Under the pieces are notes generated by a model. That model did not search any database, was not told where the DNA came from, and saw only the letters and a list, made by a program, of their open reading frames with translations. Below are positions 31,601-37,600 of a stretch of DNA of 64,000 bases, one piece after another; the first letter of the stretch is position 1; each line of letters starts with the position of its first letter. Origin of the DNA: an uncultured Lentimicrobiaceae bacterium (GTDB lineage: Bacteria; Bacteroidota; Bacteroidia; Bacteroidales; 4484-276). Both the position numbers and the translations under genes were made by a program. Location: positions 586 through 64,585 of the forward strand of contig CAZQIV010000018.1 in NCBI GenBank assembly GCA_964593705.1, given 5' to 3'.

Positions 31601-34600
31601 AGCTTTGGAAAAAGCCACTGAATCCTCCTCCAGGTAATCCCGAAAAACCAGTTGCATTATTTTCGGATAAATTATTCCCGATGCTACAAATAAAAGTAGA
31701 AGGATCCCAATGTGTTTGGGCTGCCAGGGCTTTTGCAATGTAACTTGAATTTTCATCGCACCGATAGTCAGGCACGTTGCTAACATAATCTGTAAGTGTG
31801 ATCCACTCAGCATCAGTTGGAAGGAACCATCCTGCTGGGCAAATACCCTGCCTGCCTGAAGTAGTGTCGTATTGCATCATTTCGTTCCACTGATACAGGC
31901 CACCATAAACATTGCAATTGTCTTCCTCGTTATCGTAACAATATTTTTCGATTGTACCGTTGTTAGTCTGCTCTTCCGAACCAATTAATTTTGTTCCCAC
32001 ATTCAGGTTTTCAGCCATCCAGCACTGCTCACCAATTTGTCTGGTGGTATAAATGTGGTTATCACGTACATCAACGAAGGAATTATTACAGGCGAAAGCG
32101 ACGGTTGAAGTTGTAAATTCAAGCTGCGTACTGTAAGCAGTTCCCACGCTGCTGGTGGCATAGGCCCTAATATAATAAGTTTGACCGGGTGCAAGCCCTG
32201 TAATGCTGGCTTCAAAAGTTCCGGTGCCTGAGCCATTGTTAGTATGTGTATTTGATATGCCAGGAAGGGGCTCTGTACCCACACAAAAACCACGTGCAGT
32301 AACTTCCATTCCGCCACTGAGGCTATCCTTTCCGGACAAAGATGCACTTACATCCGTAAAGTTGCTAACTGGTGTTATGCTAACTGTTGGCAAATCCCCC
32401 ATTACACAGCGTACCGAGAAACCATAATCCTTCTCGGGGTGGCCAAGGTAAAACTTTTCGCCATTGTAGTTCATAAAACGGCGCCATGCAAGAAGATCGC
32501 CATCCTGTGTCGATGACCACCAAATTCCAAAGGTTTTCAAGTCATAAAAATTTCCATTGGTATGGCGGCGTCCACCGGGTAATGCTGTAAAGCCGGTGGT
32601 ATTGTTTAACAATGTATCGTTGCCAATTGCACAGGTAATATCACTTGGGCTCCATTTTGTAGAATCTGCCAGGGCTTTGGCAATAAAGTTTGGAGTATTG
32701 TTACATTTATAATCCTGGTTTATCTTTACAGAATCTATTAATGCTGTCCATTCGGCTTTGGTGGGCAAATGCCATCCATCAGGGCAAATTCCCTGCTCAC
32801 CTTCAAGTGCAGTGTATTGCATCATTTCGTTCCATTGGTAAAGGCCACCATACGCATCGCACTTGTCTTCTTCATCATCGTAGCAGTATTTTTCGATGAT
32901 ACCATTTTCCAATTGGTCTTGAGATCCGTCTATTTGTTCTCCGTAATTAAGGTTTGCAGCCATCAAGCATTTGTTGCCCAGATGAAGTGTAGGGTAAACC
33001 CGGCCATCCCTGCTATCAGTTAATGAATCGCCGCAGGCAAAGGATGTAGAAAAGCTTCGCTCATCACCATAGGCCGTCCCATGGGTATTTGTGGCATAAG
33101 CCCTCACATAGTATGTAGTATTCTTGCTAAGTCCGGTAATGGTGTCATTAAATCCACCTATCCCGGAGCCAGATCTGACCGTATCGTTTTCGATGGTGGG
33201 ATTTGGTGAATTGCTCCAGCACAGGCCGTGTTCGGTAACCGGCCTTCCACCGTCCTTACTTATATTGCCACCCGAAATGGCTGTGGTATGGGAGATTTTG
33301 CTTACAGCCTTGGTGCTAAGGATTGGGAGCTTTACTTTAAGGCACCGCACTGAGAAACCATATAAAACATTGTCAACTTTTCGAATTACTTCAGCTGACT
33401 CGGACTTGAGGCCACGCTGCCAGGCCGTGGAGGAATTGTTCCTGTTAGATGACCAGAAATGAGCCACAGCTTTTAATCCCGATAGCGCTCCTCCAGTGAT
33501 ATCGCGATAACCGCTTCCCAAAGCAGCAAATCCGTTTGTGCCGTTTCCAGCATTTGGATTGTTCCAGTGAGCGACACCACTTTCTTTTAAAAAGTCTCCG
33601 GCTGTGCCACGCAAGCCAACGAACAAACAATCAATGTCTTCATCATAATGCTGTTCTAACGCACACCAGTCGGCATCGGCAGGGAGAAACCACCCATCGG
33701 GGCAAATACCCTGCCTGCCTGATGTGGTGTCGTATTGCATCATTTCGTACCATTGGTAGAGGCCTCCATATTCTTTGCACTTGGCGTCGTCATTATCGTA
33801 ACAGTATTTTTGGATTGTATCGTTATTGGTTTGATTTTGAGCTCCATTTATTTTTACTCCCACATTCAAATTATCGGCCATCCAGCACTGCTCACCAATT
33901 TCTATGGTATTGTAAATCTGAAGTGTATCGGAACGATAATCACCGATCCGGTTGCCACAGAAGGCGTATTTTATTTCCCATTGAGCCCCGTATGCTGTAC
34001 CTTTTTCCTCGGTGATGGCATAGGTTCTTACATAATAGCGGGCCAAGGGATTAAGCCCATCAACATTAACTACAAATACATTGTCCTCTCCATCATCAAT
34101 AATTTTGCGATTGGTGATGGTGGGATTTGGGGCTAAGCTTATGCATACTCCACGTTCAGTAATAGTAATATCCACTTCAATGTTGGGATTGGTTTCGCCC
34201 ATAACTTTGGCCGAGTCGGGTGTAATATTAAATACCTGCTTTGTTTTTACAATAGGTAGTGCTGTTCTTACACAGCGCACAGACAAGCCTTCACTCCGAC
34301 CAATACCAAATTCATTAGCCAAAACATTAATTCCATCGCAAGATAGGCCTCGGTATCTGGCTAGCTCATCATCATTTTTTGTTGAAGTCCACCACCAGGT
34401 ATTCTTATAAAGTTCACCATAAGAAGCGGGGTAATTATTAAAGGCTCGGATACCCATACCTGCCGGTAAAGCCGTAAATCCAGTTGCATTGTTTTTTGTT
34501 AAATCATGGCCGGGTACACAAGAATCATATTCAGAAGGTTCCCAATGTTCGTTAGCTGCCAAGGCTCTGGCAATGCCACCAATTCCATAATTGCCGCACA

Positions 34601-37600
34601 GATATTCCTCCTTGTTGCCAATAAAATCGGTAAATGTTGTCCACTCTTCATTAGAGGGTATATGCCAACCAACGGGGCAAATGCCCTGCGCACCTTCTGT
34701 TTCGTTATATTCCATCATTTCGTCCCATTGGTAAAGGCCTCCGTAATAAATACAATTATTTTCATTATCATTATAGCAATATTTTTCAAAAATATCATTA
34801 TCTGTTTGGTCCTCATCAGAACTCTGATCTCTAAATTCACCATGCAAAAGATTTTCGGTCATCCAGCATTGTGTGCCATATGTTGCAGTTGAGTATACAA
34901 TATGATCTCGAGGGTCCATAAATTCAGTGCCACAATCAAAAAGATAGCCGTTAATAAAAGAGTTTGTTTCAAACACCTTCTGGCTGCCATAAACGGTGCC
35001 AATTTCATTGGTGGCATAGGCTCTTACATAATATTTTACCCCTGGGGTGAGCCCTTCAATATTGCTTGTAAATGCACCTATTCCTTCAGAGTTAATGGTT
35101 TTCATGTCGCTTGTATTGGGGTTTTGGGTTTTGTTCCAACATACGCCACGGGCAGTAACCTGCAGGCCACCATTGTTGCCTACAATACCGCCTGTAAGAG
35201 CAGAGGAATCAGTTACATTGCTTACAGATGTGGTGATAATACTGGGGAGAGCTCCCCTTATGCAACGCACACTGAATGCATTCCACCTGCTGGCGGTGTA
35301 ACGGTTCACCTTGTTTCTAGCTGTGGCAATGTGGCGTCTCCATGGCGTAGTTTCATTAAAGCTGGTAGATGACCACCAGTAACAGCTATCTCCAAGTCCC
35401 TCGAAGGTAATGTATTCCTGGCGTTTGCCCGCCATAAGACCATCAAAACCAGAATTTCCGCTTGGCTTTAGCTTTGCACCGGCAACTACGCCTCTCCAAC
35501 CTGTTGCATCGCATAAAACACTATTGGGTTCAGGTTCAACTGCATTTTCCAATGTACACCATTCTGCGTCAGTAGGCAGGTGCCATCCCGGAGGGCATAT
35601 ACCCTGTGCTGCTTCAAAAGTTTCGTATTGCATCACTTCGTTCCATTGGTAAAGGCCTCCAAAGGTGTCGCAGTTGTCTTCATCGTTGTTGTAGCAATAT
35701 TTTTCAATTGCATCATCGTCAGTTTGATCATTCCAACTATCCATTTTTGTTCCCACATTCAGGTTTTCAGCCATCCAACATTGTTCACCTATTTTTACAG
35801 TGGCATATTCTATTGGTTCCTCCCCTCGGGCATCAATTAAGACTTCATTGCAATCAAAAGTGGTAAAAAACTCAAGCTGTTCCCCATAAGCTGTACCATC
35901 GTTATTGGTGGCGAAGGCTCTAACATAATAGAGCATCCCCGGATTAAGATTATCTATGGAAATGGAATAGTCGCCAAGTTCATTTCCTGCAATGCTCATA
36001 TTTCCCGGGCTGTCGATTGTAGGATTTTTCTCCAGGCTGTAACAGACGCCTCGTGTTGTAATATCAGTTCCACCAGCATCGCTTACATTGCAATTGCAGG
36101 TGGCGGAGTTTTTATCGACATCGCTTACCGATCGTGTGGTTACGGTGGGCAAATGCCCCCGAATACAACGCACGGACAGGCCATAAGACTTTTGGTAAAC
36201 ATCGGAAAGTAAAGATGCTGAAGTATGTAAAAGGTATCGGCGCCGGGCCCTTGTATATTCCGTCTGTGTTGATGACCACCACTTGCCAAGGGTTAAGCCA
36301 TCGAAGAAAGAGCCATTGTTGTGGCGACTCCCGGCGGGTAATGCCGCAAAACCTGTGGCGTTGTTCTGACTTAAATCATTACCAACTGCACATGATTCAG
36401 TTGACTCCTCCCAGGCAAGCGTGTCTGCCAGGGCTTTGGCAATAGCATTTGAATCAGTACTACACAAATAATTTGGATTACTTTTTACAGATTCCTGTAA
36501 AGTAAGCCATTCAACATCCGATGGCAGGTGCCAACCCGGTGGGCAAATTCCCTGTCCACCTTCGTTCTCCTCATATTTCATCATTTCGTCCCACTGGTAT
36601 AGGCCACCATAGACAGCACAACTGTCTTCCTCATTATCATAGCAGTATTTTTCGATCACATCATTTTCAGACATGTTTTCCGAAGAATAAACCCTTACCC
36701 CATAGTTCAGGTTTTCGGCCATCCAGCATTGCTTGCCAATCCTTACCATCGAATATTCCTGGCCGCCCTCACGGGTATCGGTAAACAAACCCTCGCACGA
36801 CTCGAGGACTGCAGTAAACTCCACTTCGTTACCATAGGTCGTTCCCTGGCTACTTGTAGCCCAGGCCCTCACATAATAAGTCTGACCCTCGTCTAAGCCG
36901 CTTATTGTGCTTGAAAAACTACCTAATCCACTGCCATTAGTTGTTTCAATGGTATTTGAGCCACCTTTTGTAGGCTTAGGTGTCTTGCTTAAAACAATGC
37001 CCTTTTCGGTAATTGGGTATCCGTTGTCCTCCAATACAGCACCACCGCATACTGCGCTTGATGTAGTTATATTTACAGCATTGTTGGTAGTTACAGTTCG
37101 CGGAGTTTCCCGGAGGCAGCGTACTGCAAGTCCATCATTTTTATTTCGGAGTGGTCGCGCCATCGTTTTAAAACCATTATTAAGGGAACGCCCCCATGCG
37201 CCAGCAGCATCATAATTTGTACAAGTCCATAAGACACCATAGGAGTTCAAATACACAAACGAACCATCTATATCGCGTCGGCCACTCGGCAAGGCTGTAA
37301 AGCCGCTACTGTCGGTAGCTCCATAGTTAGGGCTATTCCAGTGGGCAGTTCCGGTTTCTTTCAGTTGTCCACCGGCATCAGTCCCAGACCAACCGGTAGA
37401 GGAGCAATCTACTGTAGGATCGAGGAATGTTGTCAAGATGCACCAATCGGCATCAGTGGGCAAGCGCCAGCCCTCGGGGCAAATGCCCTGCAGGCCTTCT
37501 TTGGCTTGGAATTGCATCATTTCGTCCCATTGGTAGAGGCCACCGTAAGTATCGCAATTTGCAGGGTCATTGTCATAGCAATATTTTTCATTGGTTTGGT